From the NCBI GenBank assembly GCA_963804995.1, contig CAWDSK010000001.1, positions 512,001-576,000 on the forward strand: DNA of 64,000 bases. Reading direction: 5' to 3'. Positions 1 to 7,899 of this stretch are shown here, piece by piece. The stretch is from an uncultured Acidobacteriota bacterium (GTDB taxonomy: Bacteria; Acidobacteriota; Terriglobia; UBA7540). The position numbers and the translations under genes were made by a program. A model generated the notes under the pieces. The model was not told the origin of the DNA. It did not search any database and was given only the letters and a program-made list of their open reading frames with translations. Each line of letters begins with the position of its first letter. Position 1 is the stretch's first letter.

Positions 1-209
1 TTAGGGTCGTTTACCGGATGGGGCTCCGTACCACCCCTCAAGAGCCGATCCGGTCGGTTGCAGTGATTAATACTCCGGGAGAAGTTATAACGCAAGCCCG
101 GACTTTTCTGAATCCCGCCTCAAGGGAACTGTCCGGGTTCTGGTGGGTCGTTTAAGGAAGAATAAAAAAGCGATGGCCATTCCGTCCCCGGCCGGGGGGT
201 TGATTTGCT

Positions 210-271
210 GTAGAGGCGGCGTCCCGATCTGATCGGGACGCCGCCCTATGGCGAGGTAAACTCGCCGCTAC
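210..271. repeat. GTAG-type REP-like inverted doublet (copy A)
   Basis: Begins GTAG and ends CTAC. Perfect 15-bp-arm palindrome 215-245 plus hairpin GGCGAG-GTAAA-CTCGCC 250-266. Near-identical copy at 40686-40754. Confidence 0.8.
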
Positions 272-376
272 GACATCTAATTGACACAGCACAGGCTTGG
301 GGAGAAGGGTAGTCAGCTAAAAGTGCGTTGCTGAGTGGTGGGGGCCTCGCCAGTGTCGGATAAAAAATGAAGGCCA

Positions 377-1315
377 TCACGCCACCGCCTGCAAGAGTTC
401 AGTGATTGTCCAGGCGTGATCGGTGATACCCGCTTGCATGGCAGGAGTTACCCGAAGGGTCTTATGAACACGGCAGAAGTTGTAGAACGCGAACCATACT
501 GCATAGGCAGCCTTCAAGTTCTCCCACTTTTTACTGAAGGCGTTGGTGAGCCTCGTCATTCGACGCATCCCCATGCGAATCGAAAGATTCTGGCGTTCAA
601 CGTGGGATGTGCAAATACGATGGAGCTTCGGCTCTCCCCAGACTGGGACGGGGGTGGCATCGACTACTTCGGCGGGCGAATACCTTTGCTCCCCATCGCG
701 GGGAGTGGAATAGGTCTTTATCAACTGCCCAAAGTCAACGCGGGTGCCCAAGCTGTAAAGAACAGCATCAACGTAAGGCTTGAATCCGTCCGTGGTGATC
801 TGGAAGTGGCCTTGCGTGGCCTCATTGATTTTCTCCGTGAAGGCGACGGTATCTCGGGCGCTTCTCCGTCCAAGGTGCCAGGTCAAGACGATCTTACTGT
901 TTCGCTCGATGGCAACGAAGCAGTAGGCATCCCCCCGCATCGGGTCGCCACTGACATTTTTCTTTTCCTTGCATCCGACGTAGCCCCAGATTTCATCGCA
1001 CTGCACATCGGATACCAGAAGATTACGGATTCGGCCCTCAAGAAGCCGCTCGCACTTGTCGCCTATAAAGACGAGAAGGGAAAGTATCGTGGTGTGGTGA
1101 AGGCGGGTCACGTGCTCAACTGTGCTGACAGAGCATCCCTCGACAAGAAGCTCAATAGCCTTAGCTGCTTTGTCCAGGGGTGTGTACATGCCGCCAAGCG
1201 GTGTAGCGTGGTCCTCAGTGAAGGTCTTAGCGCATTGCCCGCAGCGATAGCGCTGAAGGCCGTTGCGGTGCTTCCCAAACTTCTTGCATTGAGACTGGCA
1301 GTTATGGCAGGTCAT
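377..1315 (-). CDS. IS1-family DDE transposase (single ORF: zinc ribbon, HTH, DDE)
   Basis: N-terminal CxxC...QRYRCxxC, then QCDEIW, ITTDG, TSHVERQN, RLTNAFSKK, YNFCRVH. Confidence 0.9.
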   Translation of the reverse strand: MTCHNCQSQCKKFGKHRNGLQRYRCGQCAKTFTEDHATPLGGMYTPLDKAAKAIELLVEGCSVSTVEHVTRLHHTTILSLLVFIGDKCERLLEGRIRNLLVSDVQCDEIWGYVGCKEKKNVSGDPMRGDAYCFVAIERNSKIVLTWHLGRRSARDTVAFTEKINEATQGHFQITTDGFKPYVDAVLYSLGTRVDFGQLIKTYSTPRDGEQRYSPAEVVDATPVPVWGEPKLHRICTSHVERQNLSIRMGMRRMTRLTNAFSKKWENLKAAYAVWFAFYNFCRVHKTLRVTPAMQAGITDHAWTITELLQAVA

Positions 1316-1321
1316 TTCGGC

Positions 1322-1350
1322 TTGCCTTTCTGCGGAAGCAAGCCGATAAT
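1322..1350 (+). promoter_or_regulatory. Putative sigma70 promoter for an IS-internal small RNA
   Basis: TTGCCT (1322-1327), 17-bp spacer, GATAAT (1345-1350). Overlapped by a perfect 9-bp inverted repeat 1317-1325/1338-1346. Confidence 0.5.
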
Positions 1351-1355
1351 GGGAC

Positions 1356-1440
1356 TGTATCGGTCGGCATTGCGGCTTACCCCGCGTGCTGATTTGGCCC
1401 CGTCAGTAGTTAGTAGCTACTGGCGGGGCTTCTTATTTTT
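1356..1440 (+). ncRNA. Candidate two-hairpin small RNA inside the IS1 element
   Basis: Stems 1362-1369/1387-1394 and 1371-1375/1382-1386, then hairpin 1397-1409/1417-1429 followed by TTCTTATTTTT. Several pairs are G.U on + only. Confidence 0.55.
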
Positions 1441-1951
1441 GACGCTGTGCTTCTTTGAGTCTTTCTGTAAATGCATTCGGATTCATCATCGGATAATCTA
1501 CTTTCTGTTTCGGCGCAGCGGGCCTTATCCACCGATATTCTTTGAATTCTTTGATAGGAGACTTCCCCTTCCGCATCTTGACATCTGTCCGTTTAAATCT
1601 CTTCAAGACGGTATGGACGGAGGCGAGCGGATTAGAAGAATACGCAGAGAAATCGAAGCCGGAGGCAACAAGTCGATCTCTGACCTGTATGGCATTGAGC
1701 CACTCACTAGGATTCGATTCCAGCAAATTCCTTACGGCCTCAGTGAGTCCCACATCGTTCTTTACGGCAAGCTCCAACACCGTCTCGAATGCGCTCAAGA
1801 ACGTAGTACGCTCTTCGTCAGACATCATCCCAAAACTTGCCTTCAACATCTCCAAAACGTTCGCCATTTCCGTTTGCGTTCGCTGCTGTTGATCGGCAAG
1901 CTCGCCGTACCTTTTCACGTGTTCCTGGAAAATGTCTCCGTATTGCGTCAT
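1433..1951 (-). CDS. IS passenger: coiled-coil plus winged-helix (HARE-HTH-like) protein
   Basis: GLTEAVRNLL...LNAIQVRDRLVASGFDFSAYSSNPLASVHTVLKR resembles a wHTH. GGAGG SD precedes ATG 1951. Confidence 0.65.
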   Translation of the reverse strand: MTQYGDIFQEHVKRYGELADQQQRTQTEMANVLEMLKASFGMMSDEERTTFLSAFETVLELAVKNDVGLTEAVRNLLESNPSEWLNAIQVRDRLVASGFDFSAYSSNPLASVHTVLKRFKRTDVKMRKGKSPIKEFKEYRWIRPAAPKQKVDYPMMNPNAFTERLKEAQRQK

Positions 1952-1977
1952 CGACGTATCCTCCATCAACTAAGGAG

Positions 1978-2006
1978 AGTATAAGACAATGTCTAACTCA
2001 TGTCAA
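1978..2006 (-). promoter_or_regulatory. Near-consensus sigma70 promoter for the wHTH passenger gene
   Basis: Minus strand TTGACA (2006-2001), 17 bp, TATACT (1983-1978). Palindrome AGACA-A-TGTCT in the spacer (1984-1994). Confidence 0.7.
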
Positions 2007-2165
2007 GAGAAAAGTGTAGACAAGCGAAATAAATTGTCAGGATGGGATCAAGCGATAAAAGAGGCTCAACAGCACATTAAACAGTTAGAATTTTCAATTC
2101 ACGTCTTCCGCAAACGAAAAAAGGCTGGAGAGACATGGCCTGGAAAGCCAGCAACGCAGAATTAG
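1989..2165 (+). CDS. Small 58-aa helical passenger protein (below ORF-track cutoff)
   Basis: AAGGAG upstream. Translates MSNSCQEKSVDKRNKLSGWDQAIKEAQQHIKQLEFSIHVFRKRKKAGETWPGKPATQN; stop lies inside the right TIR. Confidence 0.55.
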   Translation: MSNSCQEKSVDKRNKLSGWDQAIKEAQQHIKQLEFSIHVFRKRKKAGETWPGKPATQN

Positions 2166-2221
2166 CGCACTACCGGGAGAAGGGGTGCACGCCTGGGAAA
2201 TGAAATTCTGGGAAAGTGGGG

Positions 2222-2264
2222 TTGAAATAAGTTCTCTCTTACGGCTATAATAGCCGTAAGGAGG
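2222..2264 (+). promoter_or_regulatory. ISKra4 promoter with overlapping palindrome and SD
   Basis: TTGAAA, 18 bp, TATAAT (2246-2251). 10-bp IR CTTACGGCTA/TAGCCGTAAG (2238-2260). AAGGAGG SD. Confidence 0.65.
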
Positions 2265-2268
2265 AACC

Positions 2269-2670
2269 ATGGCTCAGTCTTTTGAAGTTCCTGGTCCGGT
2301 CCGTGAGCTTGCCGCTCGGTTGGGTCAGTCCCAGCCCATGCGGCGCGGCTCCCTATCGGAGCGTTATGTGAAATGCGGCAAGCCGGGTTGTGGTTGCGCG
2401 GAGGATGCCAAGGCGCGGCACGGCCCTTATTACAGTCTGACGCGGGCGGTGGGAGGGCAGACCCGCTCCCGCTTCTTGAACCCCGAGGAAGCGCAGCGGG
2501 CGCGAGAGCAGATCGAGACGGGCCAGCAGTTTCGGCGTCAGGTGGAGGCTTACTGGGCTGCCTGTGAGCAATGGGCGGATGCCCAGCTGGAAGCCCGGGA
2601 GGAAGAAGGGCAAGCCGAGGTTAAAAAAAACCGCACTCGGCGAGGCTCTGGCGCACGACCTCACCGCTGA
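2269..2670 (+). CDS. IS accessory protein, DUF6788-like
   Basis: RRGSLSERYVKCGKPGCGC...HGPYYSLTR motif; strong SD. Confidence 0.75.
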   Translation: MAQSFEVPGPVRELAARLGQSQPMRRGSLSERYVKCGKPGCGCAEDAKARHGPYYSLTRAVGGQTRSRFLNPEEAQRAREQIETGQQFRRQVEAYWAACEQWADAQLEAREEEGQAEVKKNRTRRGSGARPHR

Positions 2671-3976
2671 GATTGAGCGCCTGGTGGGTCGGGAAGCCAC
2701 GGCGGCTCTGGACTTCGAGGCGGTGGAAACGGCCGTACGCCGTCAGGCTTTGCGCTTCGCCGCGCGGGTGGTGGAGCAGCGGCTGAATGCCGACCACTCC
2801 GACTTTACCGGAGCCCGTCGGCCGTGTTCCTGCGGTCAGCCCGCGCGCTATGTAGACCGGCGGGCCAAGCCTTTCCAGACCGTGCTGGGCGAATTACGGC
2901 TGGAGCGCGCCTACTATTATTGTGCTGCCTGCCAGCGCGGGTTCTGTCCTCGTGACCAGCAGTGGGGAATGGAGGACACTTCTCTGTCCCCGGCGGTGAC
3001 ACGCATGGTGGGCACGGTGGGAACCTTGGTGAGCTTTCAAGAAGGGCGTGAACTCCTCGGGGAATTGGCGGGCGTGGAAGTAAGTGCCAAGCAGGTGGAG
3101 CGTACGGCGGAGGCGCTGGGAGCGGAAGTCGCCGAGGATGAACGCCAACCGGTGGAGGCGGTGAGGGAAGGACCCTTGCCGCCCACCCTCTATCTCGGCC
3201 TGGATGGTACCGGCATTCCCATGCGCAAGGAGGAACTCACGGGGCGAGCGGGCAAGCAGCCGGATGGCTCCGCCCAAACCCGCGAGGTCAAGGTCTGCGC
3301 CATCTGGAGCGCGGAAGCGCGCGATGCCGAAGGCCGGCCCCGGCGTGATGCTGGCTCGGTCAGCTACTCGGCGGCCATCGAGACGGCGGCCTGCCGCGAC
3401 ACCGACTCCCAGATCGCAGCATTTACCCAGCGCGTCGAGCGTGAGGCGAAGCGTCGAGACTTCGGGCAAGCCTCTCGCCAAGTGGTGATCGGCGACGGGG
3501 CTCCCTGGATCTGGAACATCGCCGCGGAGGTGTTCCCGCAAGCCCTGCAAATCGTGGATCGTTACCACGTGAAGGAGCATTTGAGCCAAGTGGCCAAGGC
3601 CCTCTATGGGCAAGCGGAGGCATCCCATCGCTGGGCGCAACGTCGGCACCAAGAATTGGATGGCGGGCGTTGGCGGAGTCTGACGACGGCGCTGGCCCGC
3701 CATGCGGCCCGCTCACCGGAAGCCCGCAACTGCCTTCAGTACTTGCAGCGCAACCGGCACCGCATGCGCTACGCGGAATTTCATGCCCAGCACCTGTGTA
3801 CTTCCTCAGGGGTTCTGGAGGCGGGTTGCAGGGTCGTCGTGGGGTCGCGCCTAAAACGTTCGGGCATGCATTGGACCGTGCGCGGCTCCAATGCCATCAT
3901 CGCTCTGCGGTGTTACAAACTCAGCGGTCGCTTCGAAGACTTCTGGGAACGCCGGGCGCACAGGGTGGGGGCGTGA
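2564..3976 (+). CDS. ISKra4-family transposase (true start uncertain)
   Basis: CSCG...RAYYYCAAC...CPRD, LDGTG, IGDGAPWIW, VDRYH, SSGVLEAGC, RLKRSGMHW. Confidence 0.85.
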   Translation: MSNGRMPSWKPGRKKGKPRLKKTALGEALAHDLTAEIERLVGREATAALDFEAVETAVRRQALRFAARVVEQRLNADHSDFTGARRPCSCGQPARYVDRRAKPFQTVLGELRLERAYYYCAACQRGFCPRDQQWGMEDTSLSPAVTRMVGTVGTLVSFQEGRELLGELAGVEVSAKQVERTAEALGAEVAEDERQPVEAVREGPLPPTLYLGLDGTGIPMRKEELTGRAGKQPDGSAQTREVKVCAIWSAEARDAEGRPRRDAGSVSYSAAIETAACRDTDSQIAAFTQRVEREAKRRDFGQASRQVVIGDGAPWIWNIAAEVFPQALQIVDRYHVKEHLSQVAKALYGQAEASHRWAQRRHQELDGGRWRSLTTALARHAARSPEARNCLQYLQRNRHRMRYAEFHAQHLCTSSGVLEAGCRVVVGSRLKRSGMHWTVRGSNAIIALRCYKLSGRFEDFWERRAHRVGA

Positions 3977-4157
3977 GCCCGCTCACTCCTTCGTCGTGCA
4001 CCCCGGGAGAAGCGTTGACTTGTGTCATCATCTTGAGTTAGGCTAGCCTTGCGGATCAACGTGTTTAGGTAACGGGTGGTAGTGGTCTAAGAGAGACAAT
4101 TTAAAGCATCTGCTCCAGGGCAGATGAGTTCGGGCTGGGGTGTGAAAGCGAGGCTGC

Positions 4158-6203
4158 ATGGCCGAGGCATTGACCAAAACAGGCCGGTACCAAATCGTCG
4201 GCGAATTGGGCCGCGGGTCGATGGGAGTAGTCTACCAGGGGTACGACCCGATCATTGGACGTACGGTGGCGATCAAGACGATGCTCACCGAAGGCCTCTC
4301 TCCGCAAGAGTTCAACGAATACAAGGCGCGTTTTCAGCGCGAGGCACAGGCCGCGGGAATCCTCGCCCACCCCAACATCATCACGGTATACGATTTCGGA
4401 GAGGATAACGGCATCCTCTATCTGGCCATGGAGTTCCTGGAAGGGAAATCGCTGGAAATGATCGTCGAGGAGCAAAATATTCTGCCCCTCGAAACCATCA
4501 TCCCCATCTATGAGCAGGTTTGCAACGCACTCAACTTCGCCCACCAGCACAAGATAGTGCATCGCGATGTCAAACCCGCCAACATCATGAGACTGCATAG
4601 CGGGCTGGTGAAAATGACCGATTTTGGCATCGCCAAGATGATGTCGATGGGCATGACGCAGGCAGGCCAAATTCTAGGCACGCCGAATTACATGTCACCG
4701 GAGCAGGTCAAGGGCCGCCAGGTGGATGGCCGGTCTGACATCTTTTCCTTGGGCGTGATCCTGTACGAATTAGTGACGGGTGAAAAGCCCTTCGGCGGTC
4801 AGAACATCACCACCGTCATCTACAAGATCATCAATGAGAATCCCATTCCGCCGCGTGAGCTGGACTCGACAATCCATGCCGGCCTGAATTACGTGATCGG
4901 CAAAGCGCTGGCCAAGAACCCTGACGAACGCTACCAGACCTGCAAGGAATTGGCGGAAGATCTGAAGAACTATAAGACCCTGGGAGGGGCGGTTTCACCC
5001 CAAGGGACGATGGTTCTGAAAGTGGCGCCGACTATCGCCGTGGCATCCGAAGCTGCGCCGACCCAAGCGGTAGAAGTTCCACGGCCCCCGGCAGCCACTC
5101 CTCCGGCCGCGCGATCAGGATGGGTTCCCCAGGTGGCACCCCAGGCTACCCCAACTCCCGCGGCGCGATCAGGGTCAGTTCCCCGGGTGGCGCCCCAGGC
5201 TCCGGCTGCTCCTTCGGCGCGATCGGGAGTGGTTCCCCGAGTGGCTCCTCAGGCCCCACCTCCCCCAGCCCCGGCTCCGCAAGAGGCGTCCGTATCTGTT
5301 GCGGAAACACCGATCTCAAGCCCCATCAACATCCAGGTCATAGCCCCGGCGCATCCTCAACAAGGGGGGGAGGTTCCCCAAATCGCCTGGGTCCTCGGCG
5401 CACTTCTGCTGGTGGCCACGGTTGTGGGGGGCGGCTATTACTACCACCTGCGGCACCCGGTAGTGCCCCCTGCCCCGCCTGCACCGGTCGTGGGGCAGCT
5501 TCAGGTCAACGCCAATGTACCCGGCGCGAAGATCTCGATCGATGGGCAGACCAATCCGAGCTGGGTGACGCCTTTCACGATCCCCAGCCTTTCCGTGGGA
5601 ACCCACAACGTCGTCATTTCCATGGATGGCTATCAGGACTTCCAGCAGAGTGTGACGATTGCGGGAGGCCAGACCAACAGCCTCGAGGGTAATCTTCCCG
5701 CGGTCGCGGCTCAGGCCGTCGTGACTCCCCCGAAACAGGAACCCGTCCACGAGAAAACGGTGGTACCCAAGGTGGGACAGCTCCAAGTCAACGCCAACAT
5801 CAGCGGCGCTACAATCTCGATCGATGGGCGGAGCGATCCGAGCTGGGTGACGCCCACTACGATTTCGGACCTTTCCGCGGGAACCCACAACGTGCTTATT
5901 TCCAAAGCCGGTTACGACAACTTCCACCAGAGCGTGACGATTGAAGGGGGCGAGACTAACAGCGTGACGGCGGATTTCTCTGTCCCCAGCGGTGAAATCA
6001 ACATAGAGACGATTCCCCCCGGGGTCGAAGTGCTGATCGATGGCAAACCTTACGGTCCAAGCCCCGTCCGAACAACCTTGAAAGCCGGCGATCACACCTA
6101 CACCCTCAGGCGGCCGGGGTCAGAGCCTTACGAGAGCAAGTTCACGATGCAAGGCGGGGCCATTATGACCAAGAGGGTGAACTTTGGGGGCGCTGCGAAG
6201 TAG
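4158..6203 (+). CDS. Membrane Hanks-type Ser/Thr protein kinase with three PEGA domains
   Basis: LGRGSMG, VAIK, HRDVKPAN, DFG, GTPNYMSPE. Pro/Ala linker, TM helix, repeated GA(K/T)ISIDG...VTP units. Confidence 0.95.
   Translation: MAEALTKTGRYQIVGELGRGSMGVVYQGYDPIIGRTVAIKTMLTEGLSPQEFNEYKARFQREAQAAGILAHPNIITVYDFGEDNGILYLAMEFLEGKSLEMIVEEQNILPLETIIPIYEQVCNALNFAHQHKIVHRDVKPANIMRLHSGLVKMTDFGIAKMMSMGMTQAGQILGTPNYMSPEQVKGRQVDGRSDIFSLGVILYELVTGEKPFGGQNITTVIYKIINENPIPPRELDSTIHAGLNYVIGKALAKNPDERYQTCKELAEDLKNYKTLGGAVSPQGTMVLKVAPTIAVASEAAPTQAVEVPRPPAATPPAARSGWVPQVAPQATPTPAARSGSVPRVAPQAPAAPSARSGVVPRVAPQAPPPPAPAPQEASVSVAETPISSPINIQVIAPAHPQQGGEVPQIAWVLGALLLVATVVGGGYYYHLRHPVVPPAPPAPVVGQLQVNANVPGAKISIDGQTNPSWVTPFTIPSLSVGTHNVVISMDGYQDFQQSVTIAGGQTNSLEGNLPAVAAQAVVTPPKQEPVHEKTVVPKVGQLQVNANISGATISIDGRSDPSWVTPTTISDLSAGTHNVLISKAGYDNFHQSVTIEGGETNSVTADFSVPSGEINIETIPPGVEVLIDGKPYGPSPVRTTLKAGDHTYTLRRPGSEPYESKFTMQGGAIMTKRVNFGGAAK
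5109..5255 (+). repeat. Three 54-nt coding tandem repeats in the kinase linker
   Basis: ARSG(W/S/V)VP(Q/R)VAPQA starting at 5109, 5163 and 5217. Confidence 0.8.
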
Positions 6204-6217
6204 CCCGGGCTTTCCTC

Positions 6218-7861
6218 ATGGCACGTTTCGTCATTACCGATCCCTCCGACCGGACCCAGATTTTTGAGATTTCCAGCCCTACGGTAAGTGTGGGACGGGC
6301 GGAATCCAACGATCTGGTTTTGCGGCACCCCAGTGTCTCCCGCCACCACGCGCGCATCACCGTGCTTCCCGGCGACACCACCCTGCTGATTGACCTGGGC
6401 AGCCTGAACGGAACCTTTGTGAACGGCGGGCAGATTCAGGAGCACAGCCTTTCTGACCAGGACCGCGTCGGCATCGGTATGTACGAGCTTAAGTATGAGA
6501 CGGCCATTTCTCACGACTTGCACATTGAGTCCGTGGGCGGCGTCGTGACTGATGTGGACGGCTTGGTGGGCTCAGAAGACCTGAGTACCGCCCTGCGGGT
6601 CGCCTCCCCCCTGGCGCCTCCCACCGCGGTGCCCATCCAGGAACGCATGAAGGTCCTGGAGAAGGAGAACAAACTCCTAAAATTGCTCCTGGCAGTGGGC
6701 AAGACACTCTCTTCTCTTCTGACGCCCGAAGAAGTCATGCACCGGGTCATGGAACTGGTATTTCAAATGGAGAACGTGGACCGGGGCTTCGTCATGCTTC
6801 GCGACGAGAAGAAGGGGTTCAAGCCCGCCGTGCTCCTTTACAAAGAGGAGAGCATGAAAGCCCAGGCGCGAGGTGTGGCCCTGTCCACCACGGTGATTGA
6901 CCGGGTCATGAGTGACCGTGTGCCGCTGCTGATTCATGACGTGGGCAGCGACGAACGCTTTTCCTCCAGCGCGAGCCTGCGGATATCCGGCATCCGCTCC
7001 GCGATGTGCGCCCCGCTGATTTACAAAGACCGCGTGTTTGGGCTCTTTTACGTTGATTGCCTGAGCAAGCCCTACGCGTTCTCCCAGGAAGAACTGGGCA
7101 TTTTTTCGGTCATCGCCGCCGAGGCCTCCATCAGCTTCGACAATGCGCGCTCGCATGAGGAACTGGCCCGCCAGCTTGTGGAGCGGAAAGCGCTCGAACG
7201 GTACATGAGTCCCAACATCGTCGAAAAGATTGTCGCCAACCCCGATGAAGTCCATCTCGGGGGAGAAAATCAAACTGTCACCATCTTGTTTTCCGACATT
7301 CGGGGTTTTACTCGAATGTCGGAAAACATGGAACCACACGCCGTGGTGGAACTACTCAATGAATACTTCTCGGAGATGACGGACCTCATCTTTGAAAGCG
7401 GTGGCACGCTCGACAAATACCTTGGCGATGGAATCATGGCGGTCTATGGAGCTCCGTTTCCGAAGGCCGATGACGCTCTGCGCGCCACCAAGACCGCCAT
7501 GGAAATGCAGCGCGCCCTGGTTGCTCTCAATCGCGATTGGGAAAGCCGGGGACAACAGCCCCTCCGGGTAGGAGTGGGAGTGAACACGGGTCCCGTCACG
7601 GCAGGCAACATCGGCTCTGCCAAACGCTTGGATTACACCGTCATCGGGGATGCTGTCAATCTGGCCTCGCGCTTGTGCGCGAACGCCGCGGGAGGACAAA
7701 TCCTCATCTCCGAATCAACCTTCGCTCTCCTGAATGGCATCATACCGGCGCAACGCCTGGAGCCCATCCTGGTGAAAGGCAAGGAGACGCCAGTGGAGCT
7801 CTACGAGATCCTCTGGCAGGATGCCGTCCCCCAGGAAGACAACATGCAATTTCCGGGGTAA
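6218..7861 (+). CDS. FHA-GAF-class III adenylate cyclase
   Basis: FHA GR..SRHH..NGT; GAF IRSAMCAPL; cyclase LFSDIRGFT, DKYLGDG, DYTVIGDAVNLASRL. Confidence 0.95.
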   Translation: MARFVITDPSDRTQIFEISSPTVSVGRAESNDLVLRHPSVSRHHARITVLPGDTTLLIDLGSLNGTFVNGGQIQEHSLSDQDRVGIGMYELKYETAISHDLHIESVGGVVTDVDGLVGSEDLSTALRVASPLAPPTAVPIQERMKVLEKENKLLKLLLAVGKTLSSLLTPEEVMHRVMELVFQMENVDRGFVMLRDEKKGFKPAVLLYKEESMKAQARGVALSTTVIDRVMSDRVPLLIHDVGSDERFSSSASLRISGIRSAMCAPLIYKDRVFGLFYVDCLSKPYAFSQEELGIFSVIAAEASISFDNARSHEELARQLVERKALERYMSPNIVEKIVANPDEVHLGGENQTVTILFSDIRGFTRMSENMEPHAVVELLNEYFSEMTDLIFESGGTLDKYLGDGIMAVYGAPFPKADDALRATKTAMEMQRALVALNRDWESRGQQPLRVGVGVNTGPVTAGNIGSAKRLDYTVIGDAVNLASRLCANAAGGQILISESTFALLNGIIPAQRLEPILVKGKETPVELYEILWQDAVPQEDNMQFPG

Positions 7862-7899
7862 ACCATTTCTGCGCTGGATCGACCCCGGGGGTCCACAGA

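Larger units (their letters stand above)
308..2174 (-). mobile_element. IS1-family insertion sequence with passenger genes
   Basis: 26-bp imperfect TIRs: GGTAGTCAGCTAAAAGTGCGTTGCTG (308-333) vs reverse complement of 2149-2174 GGTAGTGCGCTAATTCTGCGTTGCTG (5 mismatches). 8-bp direct repeats GGGAGAAG at 300-307 and 2175-2182. Confidence 0.9.
2183..4003 (+). mobile_element. ISKra4-family insertion sequence
   Basis: Ends GGGTGCACG.../...CGTGCACCC. Flanking direct repeat CGGGAGAAG at 2174-2182 and 4004-4012 (ends ambiguous by 1 nt). Confidence 0.85.

Noticed and set aside
76..84. Another CGGGAGAAG copy upstream of the IS pair
   Set aside because: No adjacent TIR or element end; cannot be distinguished from chance.
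7537..7899. N-terminal extension of the 603-aa ORF
   Set aside because: Overlaps the cyclase in another frame; the signal peptide starts at ATG 7900.
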